This document shows positions 1 through 10,290 of a stretch of 54,665 nt of DNA, one piece after another (position 1 is the first letter of the stretch; the number at the start of each line of letters is the position of its first letter). A program made the translations under genes and the position numbers. This stretch comes from an uncultured Verrucomicrobiae bacterium (lineage in GTDB: Bacteria; Verrucomicrobiota; Verrucomicrobiia; Limisphaerales; JAFGQR01), in the NCBI GenBank assembly GCA_963788655.1, contig CAWBHS010000035.1, positions 1 to 54,665 of the forward strand, in the 5' to 3' direction. The notes under the pieces are model-generated. The model did not search any database, was not told the origin of the DNA, and worked only from the letters and a program-made list of their open reading frames with translations.

Positions 1-2
1 AG

Positions 3-615
3 TGCCGGAAGTGTCAGACGACGATTCTCGTCCCGCCGGCGCCCGCCAGCGCAGAACCGCAAACCGCCCGGTTGATTCAGGAACCGGCGGCCAGCGCCCC
101 GACTGGCCCGGAGGCGGCGAACCAGGAAACCGACATTTTCAAACTGTCTCCGGTGGCGCGTGCTTATCCGGGGCAGATCCTTCTCGGAATGATTTTCATC
201 GGTCTGGGAATCGGTCTGGCGATCCGGGCCCAAGATTTCTCCTGGCCGCCCTGGGTGGCGCTGGTTCCGCTCGCGCTCGGGGTGCTCCTGCTGCTGCTGG
301 TTTGGATCCGGGTGAAGTCGTGCAGTTATCGCCTGACCACGCAACGGTTGTTGGTCCGGCGCGGGTGGTTGGCCAAGCATCTGAATGAACTGGAGTTGTA
401 TCGGGTGAAAGACGTGGTGGTGGATCAGGGGATCCTGCCACGACTGCTGGGTTACGGCACCATCACGGTGCTGGCCGACGATGACAGCACCCCGGAAGTG
501 GACTTGGTCCAGCGTCTCCAGACCGACAAGCGTCAAAGAGATGATCCGAACCCAGTACCGCGCCGCTCGCCAGCGGGAGGGGGTGCGTCCCACCGAGTTC
601 ATGCAATCACCCTGA
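3..615 (+). CDS. Membrane protein with N-terminal CxxC (zinc-ribbon-like) and bacterial PH (bPH_2/YdbS-like) domain; 5' truncated by window, one apparent frameshift near 510
   Basis: The frame of ORF 72..848 extends to the window start (CRKCQT). Two TM helices are followed by YRLTTQRLLVRRGWL..ELELYRVKDV..GYGTITV. The shifted frame ends VKEMIRTQYRAARQREGVRPTEFMQSP* at 613-615. Confidence 0.75.
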
Positions 616-629
616 AAAGGAGAACCCGC

Positions 630-1602
630 ATGAATGAGCCATCACCCAAGCCGAGCCCGATAAGGGGCGCCGAGCACGACACGCCCGCAGCCCGCGACGC
701 CCTTAAGTCGGGCCAGGCAGGCTGGGCCAAGCGGCTCGCCGGGGCTGGGCGATACTGTGTCTCGCCGTCAAAAAGTTTTTCCGGATTGACGGGGAACAGT
801 GGGCGGGAGCGTTCGCCTTCAATGCGTTCTTCTCGCTCTTTCCCTTGATCGTCCTGCTCGTCACGATTGCCTCGTTCTTTGTTGACCGGGACCGGGCCGG
901 GAAAGAGGTCATTGCCTACATGGAAAGTTACGTCCCAATTAGCTGGCGAGATGCAACGTCACATTTTTGACACCATCGCCGGGGTGATCCAAGCGCGCGA
1001 GCAGGCGGGCGCGGTCGCGTTACTCATCCTGGTCTGGGTCGCCCTCCAATGTTTCACCACCCTCATCTGCGCGACCAACCGCGCCTGGGGCACGCGCGGG
1101 ATACAATTGGTGGCGGCTGCCGCTGAAGAGCCTGGTGCTGCTCGGCATCACGGCGGGTGCGGTCCTCCTGGGCATGGCGGTGCCGGTGCTGATGAGAATG
1201 GCGAAGGGTTGGCTGTTTCCCGTGCATGATTTCGGTTCCTGGGTGTATGACCTGGGAAGCTTTTTCATTCCGTTGATGGTGGTGTTCTTCGGTCTGAGCC
1301 TGTTTTACCGGCTCGCGCCGCGCCGGCGCACGCGGTTTGCCGAAGTCTGGGCCGCCGCCCTGTGCGCCACGGTTCTGTTGCGCGCGGGCGAAAGTCTGTT
1401 CGTAATCTATCTGAAGGATTTCGCCACGTTGAACGCGGTCTATGGGGCGTTTGGCGGGATCATGGCGTTGCTGCTGTGGATTTATCTTTCCGGGTGCGTT
1501 TTCATCTTCGGCGCCTGCCTCTGCGCCGGCCAGGCCGAAACCCTCGAACCGCCGGCGGGTGAGATTCGCCCCGGCAAAAGCGGAGGGAGCCTGGGAAACT
1601 GA
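630..1602 (+). CDS. YihY/virulence factor BrkB family membrane protein (several apparent frameshifts)
   Basis: Pieces read across frames: FNAFFSLFPL, ATNRAWG, and LFYRLAP..YGAFGGIMALLLWIYLSGCVFIFGA (ORF 1135..1602). Confidence 0.85.
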
Positions 1603-1611
1603 AAACCAACG

Positions 1612-1657
1612 GTGGGGGTGAACACTCCATCGTGGTCGCCTTACGCTGCCGTTTATG
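1612..1657 (+). promoter_or_regulatory. Degenerate copy of the island box (GGGGTGAACACTCCATCG) with downstream TATGAT
   Basis: Near match to the copies at 8519 and 9779; TATGAT lies about 20 nt downstream. Confidence 0.5.
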
Positions 1658-1797
1658 ATCGGCAAGAACTGGACGAATCCTCGTGGCATCCATTGGAGGC
1701 GGAAACCGGATAAAATCGTTTGCCTCGCTTGACCAACGCACCGGTCGAAGCAGTTCCCTCCCGTCCCTCAATCCTTCGACTCACCTCACTCATAGCA

Positions 1798-1844
1798 AGG
1801 TAGGGTTATACCCCATAGCACCCGGCCAACCGATCGCGTAGCGT
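1798..1844 (+). promoter_or_regulatory. Island box copy A1 (AGGTAGGGTTATACCCCATAGC) + 19 nt + TAGCGT (-10-like)
   Basis: 22 bp identical to 6384-6405 and 10876-10897, with the same spacing to TAGCGT. Confidence 0.75.
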
Positions 1845-1887
1845 GATTTCTGTAGAAGAAGCGAAAGCACAAAAACGAAAACAAAAA

Positions 1888-2493
1888 TTGAAAATAACTC
1901 TCTTATCTCCCAAAACTGCATGCATCATCTTGGCGATCACAGGCTTTACCCTGAGTTTACAAGCAATTCCAACCCCCATCTCCGGCTCCATCTCGTTCTC
2001 CGGGACCTCGACGATTGACGGCCCGAGTTTCGTTACGGCAACGAGATTTACGCTGTTCCAGGATGTTGTTGTTGGCTCGCCCTCGGCGTTGAGCGGCGAT
2101 TACTTCGGAACCAGCGGGGCAGCGGTCACCTTGATGCCATTCATCTGGAATCCGCCGACGGCGAGCACCCCGCTCAATCCGTTGTGGACGTTCACTTCCG
2201 GCGGGAACACTTACTCGTTTGATCTGGACGTTCTGCACCAAGACTTTGCTTCGAACAACAGTCTGTTTCTGTCCGGTCTTGGCACTGCGCAGATCACCGG
2301 TCCAGGACTGGACAAACTGGACACCGCCGGGCGCTGGGCCTTTTCCGCCCAGAGCTTGGATCTCGCGACCTTCACCTTTTCAGCCACGACCACCGCTCCC
2401 GTTTCAGGAGTACCCGATGGGGGTACGACTGTCGCCATGCTCGGAGGGACTCTGCTCGGGCTGGGCTTGCTGCGTCTCAAGTGGATCGTCTAA
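1888..2493 (+). CDS. VPDSG-CTERM (PEP-CTERM-like, exosortase-sorted) surface protein
   Basis: Signal peptide, Ser/Thr-rich beta body, C-terminal VPDGGTTVAMLGGTLLGLGLLRLK. The TTG start at 1888 was chosen because it lies downstream of the -10-like hexamer. Confidence 0.85.
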   Translation: MKITLLSPKTACIILAITGFTLSLQAIPTPISGSISFSGTSTIDGPSFVTATRFTLFQDVVVGSPSALSGDYFGTSGAAVTLMPFIWNPPTASTPLNPLWTFTSGGNTYSFDLDVLHQDFASNNSLFLSGLGTAQITGPGLDKLDTAGRWAFSAQSLDLATFTFSATTTAPVSGVPDGGTTVAMLGGTLLGLGLLRLKWIV

Positions 2494-2564
2494 TTCTGGA
2501 ATGGAAAAGGACGATCCTGCTCGGCTTGGGCCAAGGGCAGGTACTGATGCTCAACCAAATCATC

Positions 2565-4094
2565 ATGAGGAATCCACAGCTCGGTTTATTTCAGCGCCCA
2601 GTTGCTGGGAAGTTTGCATTCGGATTCGTCTCGAGGGGAGACGGAAAACCACCGGTCGCGTCGATTTGGGCGTGGTACTGGCGCTGGTGGCTCGCCTGTC
2701 TCCAAACCGTCGTGGTGGCACTGGTGGCCATCGCCTTCCCGGCCTTCTCGGCGTCATGGTTCACCCTGACCAACGTCGCGTTGCCGAGGGTTGCTTACAG
2801 TTCGGTCGTTTGCGGGGAATTTAACAATGATGGCCAACCGGATGTGCTGCTGACGGGATCGGGTGATTCGTTCACCCCCATCTCTCAGGTGTGGCAAAAC
2901 CGATCGAACGGCCTCTTCACCAATCTCAATGCCGCCTTGCCGGGAGTTTCCAGCAGCGCCGTTGCGCGGGGTGATTTTAATAATGACGGCAGGTCCGACT
3001 TCATCCTAACCGGCTTTACCGGGGTAGATGGAAACAACTTTCCAAATTACGTCTCCCAGGTGTGGCTCAACACCGGCCACGGGATCTTCACTAATGTTCC
3101 GACCGGCCTGCCGGGAGTGGATACAGGCGCGGTGGCGCTCGGGGATTTCGACAACGATGGAAACCTGGATATTCTTCTGACCGGTTACTCCTCCACGGGC
3201 GCGGTGGCTCAGATCTGGCGCAACCTCGGTAACGGCACGTTCACAAATCTCCACGTCGGCTTGCCCGGAGTGCTTTACAGTTCCGTGGCGTTGGGCGACT
3301 ACGATAACGACGGGAAACTGGACATCCTGCTGACGGGAACCCCGGATGGTTTTGGCACTTCCGCCGTCGCCCAACTGTGGCGCAACCTGGGGAATGGCAG
3401 CTTCACCAAGGTCGGCACCGCCCTGCCGGGAGTTACCCAGGGCGCGGTCGCGTGGGGGGACTTCGATCAAGACGGGAGGCTCGACATTCTCGTGACGGGC
3501 TACACCACAATCGGAGCGGTCTGCCAGGTGTGGCGGAATCTTGGCAATGGGGCCTTCACCAAAATGAATGTCGGTCTGCCCGGCGTTTATCAAAGTTCCG
3601 TGGCTTTGGCCGACTGCGATAACGATGGCAGACTGGACATCCTGATCGCCGGCCTGGACAGCCAAGCCCATCCTCTCTGCCAGGGGTGGCGGAATACTGG
3701 CAACTGGGTGTTTACGAATATTAACGCCGCGTTCGTGGGGATCCACTCCGGCTCGGTCGCGTGGGCCGATTTCGATAATGATGGACGGCTGGATCTTTTG
3801 CTGGCCGGTCTTGGCCCCGTCGGCAATCCCACACTCCAAGTTTACCACAACAACACTGCCACGAGCAATGGCTCCACGCCGCGGATCAACGGTCTGAAAA
3901 TCCTTGGCAGCGGCGGTCACCTGCTCTCCTTTGAAGGCCAGATCGGATTTGGCTACACGGTTTGGGGGTCCACCAACCTCATCCATTGGACGGCGCTGGG
4001 GATTCCCAACGAAGGCAGCCCCGGGACCTTTCAGTTCAGCGACTACCCCGCGGCGGGCGTGGGTGACAGGTTCTATCGCCTCAGCCGGCCTTGA
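2565..4094 (+). CDS. Secreted FG-GAP/VCBS repeat beta-propeller protein with C-terminal ...RFYR domain
   Basis: About 7 repeats of (W/L)GD(F/Y)DNDG.LDILL(T/A)G; C-terminus ..STNLIHW..FQFSD..RFYRLSRP. Start codon uncertain. Confidence 0.85.
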   Translation: MRNPQLGLFQRPVAGKFAFGFVSRGDGKPPVASIWAWYWRWWLACLQTVVVALVAIAFPAFSASWFTLTNVALPRVAYSSVVCGEFNNDGQPDVLLTGSGDSFTPISQVWQNRSNGLFTNLNAALPGVSSSAVARGDFNNDGRSDFILTGFTGVDGNNFPNYVSQVWLNTGHGIFTNVPTGLPGVDTGAVALGDFDNDGNLDILLTGYSSTGAVAQIWRNLGNGTFTNLHVGLPGVLYSSVALGDYDNDGKLDILLTGTPDGFGTSAVAQLWRNLGNGSFTKVGTALPGVTQGAVAWGDFDQDGRLDILVTGYTTIGAVCQVWRNLGNGAFTKMNVGLPGVYQSSVALADCDNDGRLDILIAGLDSQAHPLCQGWRNTGNWVFTNINAAFVGIHSGSVAWADFDNDGRLDLLLAGLGPVGNPTLQVYHNNTATSNGSTPRINGLKILGSGGHLLSFEGQIGFGYTVWGSTNLIHWTALGIPNEGSPGTFQFSDYPAAGVGDRFYRLSRP

Positions 4095-4097
4095 ACC

Positions 4098-6211
4098 ATG
4101 CCGCCGGCGACAAATCAACCTTGCAACCCATCCGGCAAAATTCCTTTGGTGCGCATTGCGCTGACCACCGTGCTGGGATGGAGCTTGGTCACGAGTTCCG
4201 GGGGCCAGACTTCCCTCCCGGTTTCTACCGGGCCCACTTGCAAAGGGATCCCGATCGAGGCCAGGGCGGCAACGGTGGTTCTCCCCCAATCCGTCCCCGA
4301 CCCCCTCGAACCGTTTAATCGGGTGATGTGGGGCTTCAACAAGAGGCTGATGACCGATGTCATCAAGCCGACGAGCCGGGTTTATCGGTTTGTCGTCGTG
4401 AAACCGGTCCGAACCGGGATCGGAAATTTTGGCCGGAACCTCACTTACCCGGGGCGATTGATCAACAATCTGCTCCAGGGAAAGTGGAGCGGCGCCCGCG
4501 ATGAATCCTACCGGTTTGTTTGCAATACCACCGTCGGGGTGGCCGGGGTCTTCGACGTGGCGAGCAAATGGAAAATTCCGAAATCGGACGCGGATTTCGG
4601 CCAGACGTTCGGCCAGTGGGGCTGGCAGCCGCAGTGTTTCATCATGCTGCCGGTTTATGGACCGAGCAACGAGCGGGACACCCTCGGCCTGGCCGCTGAC
4701 ACGGCGGCGAATCCATTGCTCTATATCTCCCCTTACGATTTTGTCGCGGACGATCCGCTGACCTGGCTTGGTCCCTATAGTTATCTCAACTACGGGGTCA
4801 TGTATAACAACCTCTCCGACACCGTGGATGAATATGTGCGCTTCAGCCAGGCCGAAGTGGACCCGTATTCCGAGATTCAGTATGCCTGGACGTTCGCGCG
4901 CGCAAACCGGGTGGCGGATTTCCAGGTGAAAGGGAAACAGGACCCAGCCTCGCTGGAAACCCTCGAATCCGTCTTCTTCACCTATCAAAGATCCGGAATT
5001 TCCCAAGCCACGGCAAGACCCGGTCGGTTCGGATTCCGGCGACCGGCAGAAAATTGAAGTTCACGTTTTGGCTGCAACCGGGAAAGGCGCCCGTGGTTTA
5101 CATCGTTCCCGGGCTGGGTCGGCATCGGCTGGCCCAAGCCTCCCTGGCGCTGGCCGAGCTGGTTTACAAAAATGGTTTCTCCGCCGTGTGCGTCAGCAGC
5201 CCGTTCAACTCCGAGTTCATGGAAAACGCTTCGACGGCGGCGATGCCGGCGTATCTGCCGGTGGACGGCCACGATGTGCACGTCGCGCTCACGGAGATTG
5301 ATCGCCATTTGCATGCACTGTATCCGGATCGGCTGGGCAACCGGGCGTTGATGGGCTATTCCATGGGCGCGCTTGCAATCCTTGTTCATCGCCGCCACCG
5401 GCAACGAACGATATTGCGTCGTGACGAAGGGGCGGGTGCTGCGCTTTCTGCGGGGAAACAGGGCGTGAAAGAAGTGCGAATTGCCCCGTCACCAATCAGG
5501 TGCCGTTGATTCAGTTTGACCGCTACGTCGCCATCAACACCCCGGTCCGATTGCTGCACGGGGTTTCCAAGCTGGACGAATTTTACCGTGCGCCCCTGGG
5601 CTGGCCGGCCACCAACCGGACCGACAACATCGAAAATACTTTTTTGAAGGTGGCCGCCTTGAGCAAGAGCACCCTCACGCCGCAAACTTCGCTGCCCTTC
5701 AGCGCCATCGAGTCCAAGTTTCTCATCGGCCTGACGTTTCGGCTCATCGCTGCGGGATATAATTTTCAGCAGCCAGCGGCGAGACAATCAGGGCGTCCTG
5801 CATCACCCGATCCGAATTGGCGGCGCGACCCGGTGTATCAGGAAATCCTCCAGTATTCCTACCAGGATTATTTTGAGAAGTTTGCGATTCCGTATTATCG
5901 AGCCCGTGGCCTGCCCTCGCCGGCGGCAGCGCATGGAAAAGGCCGGCGATTTGCGGACCTATGACACCGGTCTGCGCGCCAACCCCGACATCCGCATCAT
6001 CGTCAATCAAAACGATTTTCTCCTGGCGGACGAGGACCTGGCCTGGCTTCACGCCACGTTTGCCCCGGAACAATTGACGGTCTTCCCGCAAGGCGGTCAT
6101 CTGGGAAATCTTTCCAATCCGGCGGTGCAAAAGGCCATTTTGGCAGCGCTTACGCCCATGAGGCCACCCGATCCCAAGCCGGAAGAGCCGCCGAAGAGTT
6201 TACGTCCGTGA
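4098..6211 (+). CDS. MlaA/VacJ domain fused to an alpha/beta-hydrolase (lipase-like) domain; frameshifted
   Basis: DPLEPFNRVMWGFN, RFVCNTTVGVAG and DFGQTFGQWG..LPVYGPSNERD are MlaA motifs. They are followed by IVPGLG, a GYSMG nucleophile elbow, NDFLL and FPQGGHLGNL in ORFs 5054, 5500 and 5873. Confidence 0.75.
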
Positions 6212-6217
6212 AATCTG

Positions 6218-6290
6218 AATCCCACGGGATTCTGCCACAAAGCCCAAGGTAGCTCGTTCCACGCAGAGCGACGCAATCCCTTCGGGATTG
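6218..6290. repeat. REP-like element with two AATCCC-n-GGGATT palindromes
   Basis: AATCCCACGGGATT at 6218-6231 and CAATCCCTTCGGGATTG at 6274-6290, just after the stop codon. Confidence 0.55.
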
Positions 6291-6383
6291 ACTGGACAAG
6301 CCCGCAAAACATTTCATGGACCGTGACCATATTTTCATCACGTTGGGCCCGGTTGGTCTGCGGGAAGCAACGCCCATCAACCG

Positions 6384-6430
6384 AGGTAGGGTTATACCCC
6401 ATAGCCAAGCGCCAGCCCACCGTCTAGCGT
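6384..6430 (+). promoter_or_regulatory. Island box copy A2 + 19 nt + TAGCGT
   Basis: Identical 22-mer; the TAGCGT ends 35 nt upstream of ATG 6466. Confidence 0.75.
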
Positions 6431-6465
6431 GATACCAGCGATAAAAAGCAAAGTAACAAATTTCT

Positions 6466-6843
6466 ATGAAACAGAACAAAACCCATGACCCCGCCAAGAG
6501 CGCCGGGCCTCAATTGGAGCCGGTATGCTTCGAATTCACGCATCCCACAGCCACCACCGTTTGTGTGGCCGGAACCTTTAACGACTGGCAGCCCGAGACC
6601 AAACCCCTGCATTCGGTAGGCGGTGGCCGCTGGCACCAGGACACCGTCTTGCCGCCCGGCACCTATGAATACTGCCTGGTGGTGGACGGCCATTGGATCC
6701 CCGATCCGCGGGCCAAGGTAACAGCGCCTAATCCGTTCGGTGGCATGAACTCGCTGCTGACGGTGGCCAGGTCGCTGGAAGCAACCCATCTCGCCGACGC
6801 GGAACATCTGCCCCTGAAAAACGCCAACCAGCCGAAACCGTAG
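6466..6843 (+). CDS. Stand-alone glycogen-binding CBM48/AMPK-beta-like (GH13 N-terminal) domain protein
   Basis: VCVAGTFNDW..LPPGTYEYCLVVDGHWIPDP..NPFGGMNS. Confidence 0.85.
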   Translation: MKQNKTHDPAKSAGPQLEPVCFEFTHPTATTVCVAGTFNDWQPETKPLHSVGGGRWHQDTVLPPGTYEYCLVVDGHWIPDPRAKVTAPNPFGGMNSLLTVARSLEATHLADAEHLPLKNANQPKP

Positions 6844-6848
6844 AAAAG

Positions 6849-7025
6849 ATGAGCAAACAACTTCACGCAATCGGCAACGACCTGGGGCAACTGGCCGAAG
6901 ATGCTCGCACCTTGAGGGGCGCCACCGCTGACGCGAGCGCGGAAAGAGTCGGCGAAGCCCGCAAGCGTTTCGCTGCCAAGTCTGGCCAGGAAACAAAACA
7001 CTGGTCACTGATTACTGATCACTAA
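6849..7025 (+). pseudogene. Truncated ElaB/YqjD/DUF883-like protein (N-terminal half only)
   Basis: Manual translation: MSKQLHAIGNDLGQLAEDARTLRGATADASAERVGEARKRF..; the C-terminal TM anchor is missing. Confidence 0.6.
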
Positions 7026-7082
7026 TCACTCTTGCTTTGAAACTACTCCACCCCGCCTGCGCGCACGGCTGATGCTCCCCTC

Positions 7083-8481
7083 ATGAACATTCGTGGTTTG
7101 CCAAAAAACAGGGTTCACGCACGCGCGGTGAAGGGTGGCCGACGGTGGTCGCTGCGGCGGTGGTCGGCCTACGTTGGCCTTTTCCTGGGTGCGCTCGTCC
7201 TCGCCATCGCGGGGCTTATCCTTGTGTTCGGTGGTACAATCCTCAATCACTACGGCAAAGCGAAGGCCGAGCGAGCGTTTGCCGCAGCGCATCCCGGGTG
7301 CACGTTGCGAATCGGTGAACTGGATTATTCGGTGCGCGCCAATCGCCTGGTCGCTCAATCGGTCACCCTGAATGCCACCCACACGACGCTCAAGACCGGT
7401 CGGATTTCGCTGACGGGCGTTCATTGGACGCGACTGCTTTGGGGAACGGCTCCGCTGGCGGATGTCCTCGCCCAGGCCGGTCTCGAGGTCACGAATCTCG
7501 AAGTGGCATTTCCCCAGGCGCACTACGGAATCCGCTGCGGGCGGCTGCGCGCGTCGGTGCCGGATTCCACCTGCTCGCCGAAGGGACCGAATTGCGGCCA
7601 CTGGTCGGAGATGAAGCATTCTTCGCCGCGGACCCGTTTCGAACGACGCGATTTCTTGTGGTCGATACCGGAGTGCCAGGTATTGGGCCTGGCGTATGGC
7701 GAACTGCTCCAGGGAAAGTCGTACCGGGCCCGGTCGGTTCATTTTTCCCGCCCCTCCTTCGAGGCGTTGGTCAATCGCGACAAGCCGCCGCCGCCGCTCG
7801 GGAAGCCTCCGCTCATGGTGCCTGAAGCGCTGGCCGCCCTTCGGCAACCGTTGCAGGTGGATCGCCTCAGCCTCACCAACGGGCACCTGAACTACTGCGA
7901 GCGGCTGGCCGTTGGCGCCGCGCCCGCCGTGCTGACGTTCGGGGCCGTGAGTCTGTCCATCGAGGGCATCGCGAACCGGGGCGACGCGACGGCCGCCATC
8001 CAACTCCGGGGGCAGGGCGAGCTTATGGAAACCGGAACGATGAAGATACAGATGTCAATTCCGATCACCCACCGCGAGCTTCTCGTTCCACTATTCCGGT
8101 TCGCTTGGCGCCATGGACCTGACCCGCCTGGATGCGTTCCTTGGCCGGGCGGAACACCTACGGATCAAGTCCGGCAGCGCGCAAGCGGCGGACTTCGACA
8201 TCGCGGTGACCGCCGGCCAGGCGCGCGGCCGGGTGCGCGCGATCTATCGGGATTTGGTGGTCGCGGTTCTCGACGAACAAACCGGCACCGAAAAGGGAAT
8301 CGACAATCGCGTCGTGTCGTTCCTGGCGAACGTGTTGAAAGTCCGGAATGCCAACGCTCCGGACGCCTCGGGCTCGATGAAAGAGGGGAAGGTGAACTAC
8401 GCGAGAGGCCCGAACGACACGTTTCTGGAATTTGCCTGGTTCGCCCTGCGGAGTGGTGTTCTGGATGTCATCAGTCATTGA
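7083..8481 (+). CDS. DUF748/AsmA-like membrane-anchored protein (frameshifted)
   Basis: N-terminal TM helix and beta-rich body. C-terminal ORF 8113..8481 (MDLTRLDAFL..SFLANVLKVR..FAWFALRSG) continues it. Confidence 0.55.
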
Positions 8482-8518
8482 CGCTCGGACACCGGTTGGA
8501 TGCCGGGAAGTCCTCGGC

Positions 8519-8541
8519 TGGGGTGAACACCCCATAGCGCC
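8519..8541 (+). promoter_or_regulatory. Island box copy B1 (TGGGGTGAACACCCCATAGCGCC)
   Basis: 23 bp identical to 9779-9801; core TGGGGTG-AA-CACCCCA palindrome. Confidence 0.7.
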
Positions 8542-8571
8542 GACACGCTTTTTAGGTGAGGTTCTCCGTTC

Positions 8572-8756
8572 ATGAATAACCGTTCAATCCGCACCAGCAT
8601 GAAGCGGTTTCCGTGCGGCACGACCCGACTCGCCCCGATCAAGCTATTCTCGAGGTGCTCCAACGGGGTTACCGGCAGGGTGGGCAAATCTTTCGCCCGG
8701 CCAAAGTGGTGGTCAATAACCTGACTCATTCCGAGGAAACCCGTCATGCCCGTTGA
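8572..8756 (+). pseudogene. grpE: GrpE C-terminal remnant
   Basis: 8580-8756 reads PFNPHQHEAVSVRHDPTRPDQAILEVLQRGYRQGGQIFRPAKVVVNN..*, matching the GrpE signature FxPxxHEA/GY..RPAxVxV. The N-terminal coiled coil is absent and ATG 8572 is out of frame. Confidence 0.75.
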
Positions 8757-9745
8757 ATTCAAAGACTATTACCAGGTCCTCGGGGTGCCACCCAAGGCGA
8801 GCGGCGAGGACATCAAGAAAGCGTTCCGCAAGCTGGCGCGGAAGTATCATCCGGATGTTGCCAAAGATAAAACGACGGCGGAAAACAAATTCAAGGAACT
8901 CAACGAGGCCCACGAGGTCCTGAGCGATCCGGAGAGTCGCCGGAGGTACGATCAGTTGGGCGCCAATTGGAAGCCAGGCGCAACATGGCGTCCACCGCCG
9001 GGCCAGGCTGGAGGCCGGTTCGCGGGCCGGGGCGTCAATGGCGAAGCGTACCGAGTTCCGATTCGAGGGCACGGGTTTCAGTGATTTCTTCGAACAGTTT
9101 TTTGGGGGCGGTGCCAACTGGTCTCACGAGGCTTCACCGTTCGACTCACCCGCGTCCTCGACCGGCCCCCACAAACCCGAGGCAGCGCTGCGGGGTCAGG
9201 ACATTCAAGGCGACCTCCTGATTACCCTCAATGAAGTGCTTCACGGAGCCATGCGTGCCATTTCCGTGCGTCAAACCAATGCCCGCACGGGTCAGGAGGA
9301 GACGCAAACCTATTCGGTGCGAATTCCCGCCGGAGTTCAGGCCGGCCAGTCAATTCGGGTGCCCGGCAAAGGCGGCGAGGGATGGGGTGGAGGCCGGGCC
9401 GGCGACATCTATTTGCGCGTCCACTATGCCCAGCACCCGGAATGGCAGGTGCGGGGCGCCGATCTGGTCGGCCATCTGGAGTTGGCCCCGTGGGAGGCGG
9501 TCTTGGGGGCAACGGTTTCCGTGCGAACGCTCGAAAACACGGTTTTGGTGAAAGTTCCCCCAGGCACGCAGCAGGGACATCAACTGCGTGTCCAGGGTAA
9601 AGGCTTACTGGCAGGCGCGGGCAAGCGAGGGGATGTGTACGTCGGAGTTTCTATCCAAGTTCCACTCCACATCGGCAAAGAGGAAGAGCGCCTTTGGAAA
9701 GAGTTGGCGACCCAATCCACCTACGATCCGCGGAAGGTTCCCTGA
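8746..9745 (+). CDS. cbpA: Class B J-domain protein, CbpA-like (DnaJ without zinc finger); frameshift near 9040-9060
   Basis: [19 protein letters not shown]-domain, [11 protein letters not shown], and a DnaJ C-terminal domain ([10 protein letters not shown]). Confidence 0.85.
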
Positions 9746-9778
9746 GCCACCGGGCCTGCGGACGTCTCCGATGGGAGA

Positions 9779-9826
9779 TGGGGTGAACACCCCATAGCGC
9801 CCATGCGGGTTTTCGGCTTTATTATC
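9779..9826 (+). promoter_or_regulatory. Island box copy B2 with downstream TATTAT; possibly a leaderless transcript
   Basis: Perfect ATGGGGTG-AA-CACCCCAT palindrome; TATTAT ends 6 nt before ATG 9832. Confidence 0.7.
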
Positions 9827-9831
9827 ACGCA

Positions 9832-9987
9832 ATGAAAACAAATCAAATCACACGGGTGCAACGTCTCGTTCTGTTGTTTCTGGTCGCTACTCTCCTGGTT
9901 ATTGTCGGCGTCGGCTGCCGGACAGCCCACGGCTTCGGCGAGGACATGCAGAAGGCTGGCGAAGGGATTCAGAGCGGGACCAAGTAG
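9832..9987 (+). CDS. Entericidin A/B family small lipoprotein (not in ORF track)
   Basis: MKTNQITRVQRLVLLFLVATLLVIVGVGCRTAHGFGEDMQKAGEGIQSGTK*, with lipobox GVG-C and the CxTxxGxGxD motif. Confidence 0.85.
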   Translation: MKTNQITRVQRLVLLFLVATLLVIVGVGCRTAHGFGEDMQKAGEGIQSGTK

Positions 9988-10038
9988 GTCTTTGGCTGCC
10001 GAGAGGATGCAGAGCAAGAGCTTGCCGTAACAACGATC

Positions 10039-10290
10039 ATGAACACTGAACTTTTACAAAAAGCACTGGCGAAAGTTGGCAGCGCCAACACGCTTATAAA
10101 TTTGATTTCCCGCCGCGTCCGCCAGCTCAACTCCGGCGGGGGAGGGATAAGCCGTCCCTTGGTGGCCGACACCGTCAATTTGGGGGCGGCCGACATCGCG
10201 TTGCGCGAAATTATCGAGGAGAAAATGGGCTGGGAAGATCCGTCATTGGAATTGACGCCATTACTGAGCAAGGCGCGCAAGAAGCGCTAG
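10039..10290 (+). CDS. rpoZ: DNA-directed RNA polymerase omega subunit (Verrucomicrobia type)
   Basis: ALAKVGSANTLINLISRRVRQL..RPLV..DIALREIIEEKM. Confidence 0.8.
   Translation: MNTELLQKALAKVGSANTLINLISRRVRQLNSGGGGISRPLVADTVNLGAADIALREIIEEKMGWEDPSLELTPLLSKARKKR

Noticed and set aside
2590..3860. FG-GAP repeats as a DNA repeat or diversity-generating system
   Set aside because: The repeats are conserved at protein level with diverged codons, and there is no reverse transcriptase or TR/VR pair.
3006..5006. 666-aa minus-strand ORF (likewise 18217..19602, 30664..31941, 49523..51364)
   Set aside because: Antisense or alternate-frame shadows of well-supported genes in GC-rich DNA, with no motifs of their own.
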